Shown in pieces: positions 1 to 7,832 of a stretch of DNA of 32,000 nt (positions are counted from its first letter, which is position 1; every line of letters begins with the position of its first letter). This DNA comes from Candidatus Peribacter riflensis (GTDB taxonomy: Bacteria > Patescibacteriota > Gracilibacteria > Peribacterales > Peribacteraceae). The notes under the pieces are model-generated. The model made no database searches and was not told the origin of the DNA. It saw only the letters and a list, made by a program, of their open reading frames with translations. Position numbers and translations under genes: made by a program. The stretch is from the NCBI GenBank assembly GCA_001430755.1, contig CP013062.1, forward strand, positions 390,001-422,000. Reading direction: 5' to 3'.

Positions 1-898
1 GTTCTAAGGTAAAAGTGAGAGAAGATATTTCGATAGATGATTGAAGTTCAGCCCCGAGAGGAGCGACAACAATAGAACAATTTTTTTGTTCTTTCTGCAC
101 GACGTACACCGGTGCTTTCTGGCCGCCCACGTTCAGCCCCCGTCGCTGGCCGATGGTGTAGAACGGCAGGCCCTCATGCTGGCCGACGACAGTGCCGCTG
201 AGAAGGGTGATCGGCCCTCCCTTCGCATCGCGAATGTGGCGGCGAAGGAAGGCAGCTGGTGATTTCTCTGGAAAGAAACAGAGATCCTGGCTCTCGCGGT
301 ACGTGGTGCGGTCAAAGGGAATGCCGAAGCGTTTGGCCAGGGCGAAGACCTCGGTCTTCTGTAGATTCCCCAAAGGAAAGACCGCGTGCTTCAGTTCTTT
401 CTGCGTGAGGCGATGGAGGAAGTAACTCTGATCCTTCATCTTATCTTTGGCTTCAATCAGGGCTGAAACGATTTTTCCATCCTTCAGTTTTCTGCGGGTG
501 ACGCGGGCGTAATGACCGGTGGCGACCGCATCGCAGTGCAGGGATTTGGCGAGGATGAGCATGTGAGCGAACTTGAAGGTGCGATTGCAGAGGACGCAGG
601 GGTTCGGGGTGAGCCCGCGGCGGCAGGCGGCGAGAAACGGATCCACCACGACTGACTTAAACTGCTCCTCGAGTGACAGGATGTGCAGGGGGATTCCGAG
701 ATTCTTTGCAACTGTTCTCATTCTCGATCGTGTCTGGGTGGTGCAGCACTTGCTCGAGAGAATCTGTGCGTCGGCCGGCGCGAGCGGATCGTGCCAGAGC
801 TCCAGGTTCACCCCGATGACGTCGTGCCCCTGTTCCTTGAGCAGGCAGGCCACCACACTGGAATCCACCCCGCCTGACATGGCAACGAGAATGCGCAT
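1..898 (-). CDS. mnmA: tRNA-specific 2-thiouridylase MnmA, N-terminal ~299 codons (3' end runs off the window)
   Basis: Absent from the ORF track because it is open at the window edge. My translation from ATG at 898 (minus) reads MRILVAMSGGVDSSVVACLLKEQGHDVIGVNLELW, containing the PP-loop SGGVDS. It continues through NPCVLCNRTFKF, DKMKDQSYFL and FPLGNLQKTEVFALAKRFGIP with no in-frame stop to position 2. Confidence 0.9.
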   Translation of the reverse strand, partial: MRILVAMSGGVDSSVVACLLKEQGHDVIGVNLELWHDPLAPADAQILSSKCCTTQTRSRMRTVAKNLGIPLHILSLEEQFKSVVVDPFLAACRRGLTPNPCVLCNRTFKFAHMLILAKSLHCDAVATGHYARVTRRKLKDGKIVSALIEAKDKMKDQSYFLHRLTQKELKHAVFPLGNLQKTEVFALAKRFGIPFDRTTYRESQDLCFFPEKSPAAFLRRHIRDAKGGPITLLSGTVVGQHEGLPFYTIGQRRGLNVGGQKAPVYVVQKEQKNCSIVVAPLGAELQSSIEISSLTFTLE

Positions 899-962
899 GG
901 CGTCATCCTACCTTGTTACGTCTTCTCTTCAATAATCCCCGCCAATTTGCCATAATGCAGAG

Positions 963-2015
963 GTGATTGAAAAATTGCGCGCACTGGCAGGGGAGTACGG
1001 CCGCATCGAGCAGGAGATGCAGGACCCCGTTCTATTGGCTGATTCCAAGCGCATGACCCCGCTTGCCAGGCGTTACAGGGAGCTCGAACCTCTGGTGCGC
1101 CTGCTCAAAGAGTACGACCGGTGCGAGGCGGCCATCGCCTTTGCGGCGAAGGTGACGGAGCCGGATCTGAAACAGTTGGCGGAGGATGAGGCGGCTCTGG
1201 CGGTGACCCGCAGGGAGGAACTTCTCAAAGCAATGCGCGCGTTTCTCGTACCGAAAGATCCCCAGGACGAGCGCAACGTGATTCTGGAAGTGCGTGCGGG
1301 AACGGGGGGCGAGGAGGCGGCGCTCTTCGCCGCGGAGCTCCTGCGGATGTACCTGCGGTATGCCGAGCAGAAGAAGTGGCAGACGGAACTCGTGAGTAAG
1401 ACGGATGCGGAGGGGGGAGGCATCAAGGAGGCCGTCGTACGCGTCGAGGGCCCGGCCTTCGGGGATTTTAAGTTCGAGTCGGGCGTACACCGCGTGCAGC
1501 GGATTCCTGAGACGGAGAAGAAGGGGCGCGTGCATACATCGGCGGCGACGGTCGCCGTTCTTCCCGAAGCGGAGGAGGTGGATATTGCCATTCGTCCTCA
1601 GGATTTGAGAATAGACACATTCAGGAGCGGTGGAGCCGGAGGACAGAACGTGAACAAGGTGGAGAGTGCCATCCGCATCACGCACATCCCGACGAATACA
1701 GTAGTGGCCTGCCAGACGGAGCGCAGCCAGCAGCGTAACCGTGAAATCGCGATGAGCCTGCTGCGCAGTCGTATCTATGAGGCGGAACGGGAGAAGCTGG
1801 CGAAGGAGCGCGGCGAAATGCGTGCGGGGCAGATCGGCTCGGGAGACAGGAGCGAGAAGATCCGTACCTACAATTTTCCGCAGGACCGCGTGACGGATCA
1901 CCGCATCAACGAGAATTTCAGCAACCTGCCCGCGGTGATGGAGGGCGGGCTGGAGGGGGTGATCGAGGCACTGAAAAAGGCAGATCAGGACCGGAGAGTG
2001 GCTGCGGTGAGCTAA
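963..2015 (+). CDS. prfA: Peptide chain release factor 1
   Basis: The 350-aa ORF carries the GGQ motif (SGGAGGQNVNKVESAIRITHIPT) and an RF1-type tripeptide region (RVQRIPETEKKGRVHTSAATVAVLPE). It has a GTG start 6 nt after a CATAAT box (951-956) and a TAA stop. Confidence 0.95.
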   Translation: MIEKLRALAGEYGRIEQEMQDPVLLADSKRMTPLARRYRELEPLVRLLKEYDRCEAAIAFAAKVTEPDLKQLAEDEAALAVTRREELLKAMRAFLVPKDPQDERNVILEVRAGTGGEEAALFAAELLRMYLRYAEQKKWQTELVSKTDAEGGGIKEAVVRVEGPAFGDFKFESGVHRVQRIPETEKKGRVHTSAATVAVLPEAEEVDIAIRPQDLRIDTFRSGGAGGQNVNKVESAIRITHIPTNTVVACQTERSQQRNREIAMSLLRSRIYEAEREKLAKERGEMRAGQIGSGDRSEKIRTYNFPQDRVTDHRINENFSNLPAVMEGGLEGVIEALKKADQDRRVAAVS

Positions 2016-2350
2016 GGCTTTTTGATCTCTTCCCGTTGTGTCGCACTCGTCTCGACGATGCCGTCAATCGCTTTTGCAATCGCCTCAATGAATGTGGCGA
2101 TCGTTGTCTCGGGTGTCACGTCTGTTTGCAGGGTGAAATGATCGACATGCAATTGATGCTTATCGAGCAGATCCTGGACATCCGTTTCCGTCTCGATCAG
2201 CACATCTGTGACCTCGAGTGAATCGGCACCCAGCTCTTGCAGGCGCAGCGTTTCATCCTCCAAATGATGTGCAGTCACGTCACTGATGTGTCCGATCAGG
2301 TTCTCCTGAACGATCCTGCGGGCCTCCTCATGGGAATCCAATTCCAGCAT
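2012..2350 (-). CDS. Acyl-carrier-protein-like carrier protein (112 aa)
   Basis: LQELGADSLEVTDVLIETE matches the phosphopantetheine attachment motif (LGxDSL followed by an acidic helix). The protein is highly acidic and longer than a canonical ~78-aa ACP. Its stop overlaps the prfA stop by 4 nt in convergent orientation. Confidence 0.7.
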   Translation of the reverse strand: MLELDSHEEARRIVQENLIGHISDVTAHHLEDETLRLQELGADSLEVTDVLIETETDVQDLLDKHQLHVDHFTLQTDVTPETTIATFIEAIAKAIDGIVETSATQREEIKKP

Positions 2351-2358
2351 AAATAGAT

Positions 2359-2386
2359 ATTATAGTAAATTACATATAAATGTCAA
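2359..2386 (-). promoter_or_regulatory. Consensus sigma70-type promoter for the ACP-like gene
   Basis: The minus strand reads TTGACA (2381-2386), a 16-nt spacer, TATAAT (2359-2364), 8 nt, then ATG at 2350. It sits in an AT-rich 54-nt gap. Confidence 0.65.
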
Positions 2387-2404
2387 ACACTCGTCAGTTG
2401 GATA

Positions 2405-3733
2405 TTAGCTCCGTCGCACGGTCCGCATCAAAGATTTTCGTTGCTCGATGAGCGCGGCTGTTCCGATATCCGCACGGTGCCGCACGGGTCCCTTCACCTG
2501 CGCGCAGAACGATTCGGCGATCTTCTCCGCTTCCGCGAGGTTTTCTCCGATGCCTACGATGCCGGCGGTGCGCGATCCGCCCACATGCAGGATGCCCTGT
2601 TCATCCTCCGAGACATCGCCGAAGAAGAGGGATGCGTTCTTCGGGACCGGCGGGAAGGTGACCACTGCGCCCTTCTGATCTTTGCTGACCGGGTAGCTCT
2701 CGGGGGCGAGGTACTTGCAGACGGTTGCCTTGCGATCGAACCGGACAAGGGCTTCTGTGAGCGTTCCTTCTGTGATGGCCTGGCAGATAGCTACGAAATC
2801 GGAAGAGAGCAGCGGGAGTACGTTGAGCGCTTCGGGATCGCCGAAACGCGCGTTGAACTCGATCACGCGAATGCCATCTTTGACGGCGATGAATCCTCCG
2901 TACAGAATTCCCCGGTACGGCTCGCCACATTCCTTGAGAAGAGACTGTGCCGTGAGGCGGTTGATTTCTTTTGCGCGGTTCAGATCCTCTGCCGTGAGGA
3001 AGGGGAGTGAGTGATCGCTGTCCGTGTAGGTTCCCATGCCGCCCGTGTTCGGGCCTGTGTCGCCCGTGAAGGCACGCTTGTGATCCTGAATCGCGGGCAT
3101 ATCCACCACCTGCGTGCCTGAAACGAACGAGAGCAGACTGAATTCCACGCCCACGAGTTTCTCTTCCACGACGACGCGCCCGCCTTCCTCAATGCACTCT
3201 TTGGCGTAGGCCATTCCTTCTTCAATCGTTGCGAGATGTTCGCCGCTCACTTTGACACCCTTGCCGCCCCTGAGTGCGTCATACTTCACCACGTAGTCGC
3301 CCCTCAAGTCTTGTGCAATAAATTTGTTCAATTCTTTTGGCTCGTACGAGGTGAAAACACGATACTTCGGCACAGAATCCGGAATGGCTTTCTGCAGGAG
3401 GTCACGGGCGAAGCTCTTGCTCGATTCGATGCGCGCGAGGGATTTCTTCGGAGCCATCGTGGGGATGCCTGCGGCTTCCAAAAGATCAGCAAGTCCGTTA
3501 CCGATGGGATCATCCGGACCCACGATGGCGAGAGCGGGTTTAGACTTCTTTGCGATTTCCATCACCCACGGAAAATCGAGGATGTTCCCCACATGCAGTT
3601 CCTGCGAAAGTTTCTTCAGCCCCGGATTTTTAGTGGTGCAGACCGCAATGATCTCGGGTTTCTGCGGACTGCGTGAAAGCGCGTCGGCGATGGCGTGTTC
3701 GCGGGCGCCGGAGGCGACGAGGAGGATACGCAT
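2405..3733 (-). CDS. purD: Phosphoribosylamine--glycine ligase
   Basis: The 442-aa ORF starts MRILLVASGAREHAIADAL, has ATP-grasp core motifs (DALRGGKGVKV, EEKLVGVEFSLLSF) and the C-terminal GGSRTAGIVG region typical of PurD. Confidence 0.95.
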   Translation of the reverse strand: MRILLVASGAREHAIADALSRSPQKPEIIAVCTTKNPGLKKLSQELHVGNILDFPWVMEIAKKSKPALAIVGPDDPIGNGLADLLEAAGIPTMAPKKSLARIESSKSFARDLLQKAIPDSVPKYRVFTSYEPKELNKFIAQDLRGDYVVKYDALRGGKGVKVSGEHLATIEEGMAYAKECIEEGGRVVVEEKLVGVEFSLLSFVSGTQVVDMPAIQDHKRAFTGDTGPNTGGMGTYTDSDHSLPFLTAEDLNRAKEINRLTAQSLLKECGEPYRGILYGGFIAVKDGIRVIEFNARFGDPEALNVLPLLSSDFVAICQAITEGTLTEALVRFDRKATVCKYLAPESYPVSKDQKGAVVTFPPVPKNASLFFGDVSEDEQGILHVGGSRTAGIVGIGENLAEAEKIAESFCAQVKGPVRHRADIGTAALIEQRKSLMRTVRRS

Positions 3734-3736
3734 GTC

Positions 3737-3771
3737 GGTATTCAGTATGCAGGATGCCGTATGCAGGTCAA
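3737..3771 (-). promoter_or_regulatory. purD promoter embedded in four tandem heptamers
   Basis: The minus strand reads TTGACC (3766-3771), 16 nt, CATACT (3744-3749), 10 nt, then ATG at 3733. The plus strand at 3737-3764 is GGTATTC AGTATGC AGGATGC CGTATGC, four consecutive 7-mers. Confidence 0.5.
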
Positions 3772-3812
3772 TGATGACCTTTCACTGTGTGCGCCGAAAG
3801 CACACCTCCACG

Positions 3813-5318
3813 CTACACAAGCGCCAGCATCTTCTGGTTGTCGCCCTCCTCATCATCGTGCTGGAAGGATTCGCGCGTAGAGTTGCGGCAGTTGCCGAGT
3901 TCCCGGAGCAGTTTGGGCGTCACTTCGGGGGTCGGGTATTTTTTCGTGAAGCAGCCCTCGCTGAAGCGCTTGATGCGCGGGTTGCCGTACCAGATGGCCT
4001 TGTGTAAATCATCGATGGTGCCGTAGAAGAGTCCGTCGGCTTTGATGTACTTGCGAATTTCCTCCACGGAGAGCTTGGAGCCGATGAGCTCCTCGGTCGT
4101 GGGGAGGTCGATGCCGTAGGGATCGGGACTGATGATGGGGGGCGCCGCCGAGGCGAAGTAGACTTTTTTGGCGCCTGCCTCGCGCACGAGCTCCACGATT
4201 TTCTTCGAGGTATTTCCGCGCACGATGGAGTCATCCACGAGCAGCACGGACTTGCCTTTGAATTCGAGCTCAATCGGATGGAGTTTGAAGTGCAGGCTTC
4301 GTTTGCGCATGGATTGCCCCGGCATAATGAACGTGCGGTGGATGTAGCGGTTTTTGATGAGACCTTCGCGGTAATGCACGTTGAGTTTGCCCGCGAGCCC
4401 GGCCGCAACGGGGCGGCCCGTATCAGGAACGGGGACCACGGAATCAATGTGGATGCCTGCCTTCTTGATCTGCCGTGCGAGGGCTTCGCCCATACGGACG
4501 CGCGCCTTGTACACGTTCACGCCGTCGAGCGTGGAATCGGGTGCAGCGAGGTAGACCCATTCAAAGATGCAGGGGCTGAGTTCGCCGTGCCGGACCTGAT
4601 GGGAGTGCAGGCGGTTCTTGTGGTCGATGAAGACCACCTCGCCGGGGCGCACATCCCGCACGAATTCAAAGTCGAGTGCCGGAAAGGCAGAGTTCTCGGA
4701 GGCGATGATGTATTCCTCCTTCATGCCGAACTTGCGCTTGCCGATCTGCAGCGGACGGATGCCGTGTGGATCGCGAAAGCCCACGATGCCCTGCCCGCCG
4801 ATGAGCGCGACTGCCGAGTAGGCGCCTTTGCATCGTTTGAAGACGTTCTTCATGGCACTGAAGATCTGATCGGGTGTGAGGCGCCCTTTCGGCCGCTGAT
4901 TGCGAATCGCTACGGAGAGAACATTGAGCAGTACTTCGGAATCGGAATTCGTGTTGAGGTGCCTGTATTCTTTCTCGAGCAGGAACGTGCGGAGCTCCGC
5001 GGCATTCGTGAGGTTGCCGTTGTGCGCGAGGGCGATGCCAAAGGGTGTCGACACGAAGAATGGCTGCGCCTCGAACTCGCTTGAGCATCCCGCCGTGGGG
5101 TAGCGCACGTGGCCGATTCCCATGGTGCCGCGAAGGCGAAGCAGGGATTTATCGTGAAAGACGTCCTGTACGAGTCCGTTTGCTTTCTTCAAGTGGAATT
5201 GGCTGTTGTAGGTGATGATTCCTGCTGCATCCTGACCGCGATGTTGAAGGAGAATGAGGCCGTCATAGAGATCCTGAATCACATCTCTGAACCCGGCGAC
5301 TGCAATTATTCCACACAT
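3813..5318 (-). CDS. purF: Amidophosphoribosyltransferase
   Basis: The 501-aa ORF has the N-terminal MCGI nucleophile (MCGIIAVAGF), a glutamine amidotransferase class-II domain and a PRTase motif (VLLVDDSIVRGNTS). Confidence 0.95.
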   Translation of the reverse strand: MCGIIAVAGFRDVIQDLYDGLILLQHRGQDAAGIITYNSQFHLKKANGLVQDVFHDKSLLRLRGTMGIGHVRYPTAGCSSEFEAQPFFVSTPFGIALAHNGNLTNAAELRTFLLEKEYRHLNTNSDSEVLLNVLSVAIRNQRPKGRLTPDQIFSAMKNVFKRCKGAYSAVALIGGQGIVGFRDPHGIRPLQIGKRKFGMKEEYIIASENSAFPALDFEFVRDVRPGEVVFIDHKNRLHSHQVRHGELSPCIFEWVYLAAPDSTLDGVNVYKARVRMGEALARQIKKAGIHIDSVVPVPDTGRPVAAGLAGKLNVHYREGLIKNRYIHRTFIMPGQSMRKRSLHFKLHPIELEFKGKSVLLVDDSIVRGNTSKKIVELVREAGAKKVYFASAAPPIISPDPYGIDLPTTEELIGSKLSVEEIRKYIKADGLFYGTIDDLHKAIWYGNPRIKRFSEGCFTKKYPTPEVTPKLLRELGNCRNSTRESFQHDDEEGDNQKMLALV

Positions 5319-5424
5319 TGGCGAGTCAGGAGAGAGGGGGAGGAGAGTGAAGCACGCTCAAGCAGACCTTGCGGAGCGAAATCCGGAAGGCCGAAAAGCA
5401 GGGAAACGGTGTTTCCACGGATGC

Positions 5425-5452
5425 ATTTTACTCAGAATTCATCACACTGCAA
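5425..5452 (-). promoter_or_regulatory. Candidate purF promoter
   Basis: The minus strand reads TTGCAG (5447-5452), 16 nt, then TAAAAT (5425-5430). This predicts a ~100-nt pyrimidine-rich leader containing the hairpin GGAAAC-ACC-GTTTCC (5402-5416). Confidence 0.4.
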
Positions 5453-5520
5453 GGAATTGCCCGAGCATCATTACCGTCAGCTGTTTTCGAATTCCTGGAT
5501 CTCGCTGATGAGCTGACCCA

Positions 5521-6366
5521 CTACCTCATTTGTCGCTCTTTCGCCGTGACACAGTTCTGGATGAGGCTCGCGACGGTCATGGGACCCACGCCTCCGGGCA
5601 CCGGCGTGATGGCGGAAGCTTTTGCAGAGACCGTTTCAAAGTCACAGTCCCCCACGAGGCCTTTCTCCGTCTTGTTCATGCCGACATCAATGATGACCAC
5701 TCCTTCTTTTACCATGTCGCCGGTGATCAGCCCTGCTTTTCCAACGGCGACGACGAGAATGTCGGCCTGCCGCGTCAGCTCGGCCAGATTCTTCGTGTGG
5801 TGGTGGCAGACGGTCACGGTGGCATCACGGTTCAAAAGCATGATGGCGACGGGCTTGCCCACAGTGTTGCTGCGTCCCACGACCACGACGTGTTTCCCTT
5901 TCACGGGAATCTGGTAGTGCTGCAGCAGTGCCACGATGCCGCCGGGGGTGGCGGGCGGCAGATGTTCAAATTCCGTCGAAAGAAACATCTTGCCCAGGTT
6001 GTACGCGCCGAAGCCGTCGATATCTTTCTTGGGGTCAATCGCGCGGATGATCTGCGGAACGGCATCGTTGAGTGCGCCCGGGAGGGGCACCTGCACGATG
6101 AATCCCGTCACATCCGGATCGGCGTTGAGCTTCTCGACGATGCCCATCAGCGTTTCGAGCGTCGTGTTCTCTTTTAGATGGATGTGCTCACTGCGCATGT
6201 CCACTGCCTCGCAGCTCTTGAACTTCTGCTTGATGTAGCTCGTGCTCGCCGGGTCATCGCCCACCTGCACGACGACGAGCTTGGGATCGAGTTGCTTCAC
6301 TGTAGGTTTGAGGGTCGAAAGGAGCGCATCCGCTGCTTCCCGGCCGGAGAGGAGCTGTACTGGCAT
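5521..6366 (-). CDS. folD: Bifunctional methylenetetrahydrofolate dehydrogenase/cyclohydrolase
   Basis: The 281-aa ORF shows YIKQKFKSCEAV, VQVPLP, the GKHVVVVGRSNTVGKPVA Rossmann segment and PVPGGVGPMT, all FolD hallmarks. Confidence 0.95.
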   Translation of the reverse strand: MPVQLLSGREAADALLSTLKPTVKQLDPKLVVVQVGDDPASTSYIKQKFKSCEAVDMRSEHIHLKENTTLETLMGIVEKLNADPDVTGFIVQVPLPGALNDAVPQIIRAIDPKKDIDGFGAYNLGKMFLSTEFEHLPPATPGGIVALLQHYQIPVKGKHVVVVGRSNTVGKPVAIMLLNRDATVTVCHHHTKNLAELTRQADILVVAVGKAGLITGDMVKEGVVIIDVGMNKTEKGLVGDCDFETVSAKASAITPVPGGVGPMTVASLIQNCVTAKERQMR

Positions 6367-6421
6367 TGCGCTCCTATCATAGAGTCGGATGTGAATAGTG
6401 AGAAGCGAACATCGTCCGAAA

Positions 6422-6497
6422 AGTATTCAGAGATCAGTATGCAGTATTCAGGAGTATTCCACTTCCGCTGTATACTGCATACAACATACTGAATACT
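6422..6497. repeat. Two opposed arrays of tandem heptamers (AGTATKC / GNATACT) in the folD-rlmN divergent region
   Basis: The left array on the plus strand has AGTATTC at 6422-6428, AGTATGC at 6436-6442, AGTATTC at 6443-6449 and AGTATTC at 6453-6459. The right array has GTATACT at 6470-6476, GCATACA at 6477-6483, ACATACT at 6484-6490 and GAATACT at 6491-6497. The arms GCAGTATTCAG and CTGAATACTGC form an 11-nt inverted repeat. Confidence 0.8.
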
Positions 6498-6503
6498 GCT
6501 TTT

Positions 6504-7601
6504 ATGCCTCCTCTCACCCGCGCCCAACGGTTCCAGTCGCTCTTTCCTTCTGCTCCCGCATTTCGGTTCCGTCAGGCGGAGGCGGCGCTCTTTCAGCCCG
6601 ATGCGACAGGGTGGGGAAGTGTCTCGGTCTTTCCCAAGGCGATGCGCGAGGAAATGGAAGCAAAGATTCCCTGGATGTCCGTAACACTACATCGGATGCT
6701 CACGAGCAAGGACGGAGAGACATTCAAGGCGGTTCTTCGCACGGAGGACAATCTGCTCTTCGAAACCGTACTTATGGGCAATGCACGCGAGCAGTGGACG
6801 GTGTGCGTTTCGTCGCAGGTGGGGTGTGCCATGCACTGTGTGTTCTGTGCCACGGGGGCGATGGGGCTGAAACGCAGTCTTGCGTCGGACGAGATCGTGG
6901 ATCAGCTCCGGTTCTGGCTGCAGTTTTTGCATAAACCCCTCACTCGGTCTCTCCCCGGAGGGGAGAGAAGTAGCGGTGGCGCTCATGATGCGTCGCGCAT
7001 AAGTAATATTGTCTTCATGGGCATGGGCGAGCCGCTCGCCAACGTGGAGAGCGTGAAGCAGGCCATCCGCACGTGGATGGACCAGACCGATATCGGTCCG
7101 ACGCACATCACCGTTTCGACAGTCGGCGTTCTGCCCGTGATGGAGCGACTGCTGGAGGACAAAGACTGGCCGCCCGTGCGGATTGCGATTTCACTCCACA
7201 GTGCGGATCAGGCCGAGCGCGAGAAGATCGTGCCGAGTACAACGCCGGATTTTCTGAAGAAGCTGGCGGACTGGTGTCGCCGCTACCGCCAGATCCTCGG
7301 CAACCGCCGTCACCATCTCACCTTCGAGTACACGTTGATCAGCGGGGTGAATGACAGTGAGGAACAGGCGGAACAGTTGGCGCGGTTCATCGAACGGTGC
7401 GGGTCGCCCAAGCTGAATGTGATTCCCTTGAATCCCGTTTCCGGCAAGCCGTTCACCCAGAGCGCGCAGGAGAGGATCGATCGGTTCAAGCAGGTGATCC
7501 TGCGCCATGGCATTGATGTGATGCAGCGCCGGACGATGGGTTCGGATATTGCGGCGGCCTGCGGGCAATTGGCGACTGGAGAGCAGCCGCATGTGATCTG
7601 A
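6504..7601 (+). CDS. rlmN: 23S rRNA/tRNA (adenine-C2)-methyltransferase, radical SAM
   Basis: The 365-aa ORF has the radical-SAM cluster CAMHCVFCATG, GMGEPLAN, and C-terminal MGSDIAAACGQL. It ends in a TGA stop at the expected length. Confidence 0.93.
   Translation: MPPLTRAQRFQSLFPSAPAFRFRQAEAALFQPDATGWGSVSVFPKAMREEMEAKIPWMSVTLHRMLTSKDGETFKAVLRTEDNLLFETVLMGNAREQWTVCVSSQVGCAMHCVFCATGAMGLKRSLASDEIVDQLRFWLQFLHKPLTRSLPGGERSSGGAHDASRISNIVFMGMGEPLANVESVKQAIRTWMDQTDIGPTHITVSTVGVLPVMERLLEDKDWPPVRIAISLHSADQAEREKIVPSTTPDFLKKLADWCRRYRQILGNRRHHLTFEYTLISGVNDSEEQAEQLARFIERCGSPKLNVIPLNPVSGKPFTQSAQERIDRFKQVILRHGIDVMQRRTMGSDIAAACGQLATGEQPHVI
6948..6968. repeat. Perfect 9-bp-stem palindrome inside the rlmN coding sequence
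   Basis: TCTCTCCCC-GGA-GGGGAGAGA encodes part of PLTRSLPGGERSS. This lies in the extra segment between the radical-SAM motif and GMGEP. Confidence 0.85.
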
Positions 7602-7640
7602 TATGCATTCATTTTTGAAGTAGCAAATAATCTTGGGAAT

Positions 7641-7667
7641 TCCATTCCGTGCTTTCTTTGTCAGGGC
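7641..7667. other. Perfect 11-bp hairpin between rlmN and tmk
   Basis: CTTTCTTTGTC-AGGGC-GACAAAGAAAG lies 40 nt after the rlmN stop. There is no U-run on either strand, so a terminator function is uncertain. Confidence 0.5.
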
Positions 7668-7832
7668 GACAAAGAAAGTACCAAAGAAAACGCTCCGCCT
7701 ATGACCCCCTCCGCTATCGCCGGCACGTCGGTCTCGACCGACAGTGCCACCACTACATAGTCGGGTTTCCGTAGATTTTGTTTGTTGTTTTTGTTTCGGA
7801 CCAGTTTTGTTCCTGTATGTGTTCCAAAATTT

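Noticed and set aside
5319-5520. Purine, ZTP (pfl) or PRPP riboswitch in the 200-nt gap upstream of purF
   Set aside because: I could not find the purine-riboswitch junction core, the ZTP 3' CCGCCUGGGC-like element or the ykkC-type conserved blocks. Only a small hairpin (GGAAAC-ACC-GTTTCC) with a weak, displaced U-run is present. This remains an unexplained leader; an Rfam scan would be decisive.
6422-6497. CRISPR-like array
   Set aside because: The repeat unit is only 7 nt, contiguous, without spacers, and no cas genes are present. Nowhere in the window is there a 25-40-nt repeat with regular spacing.
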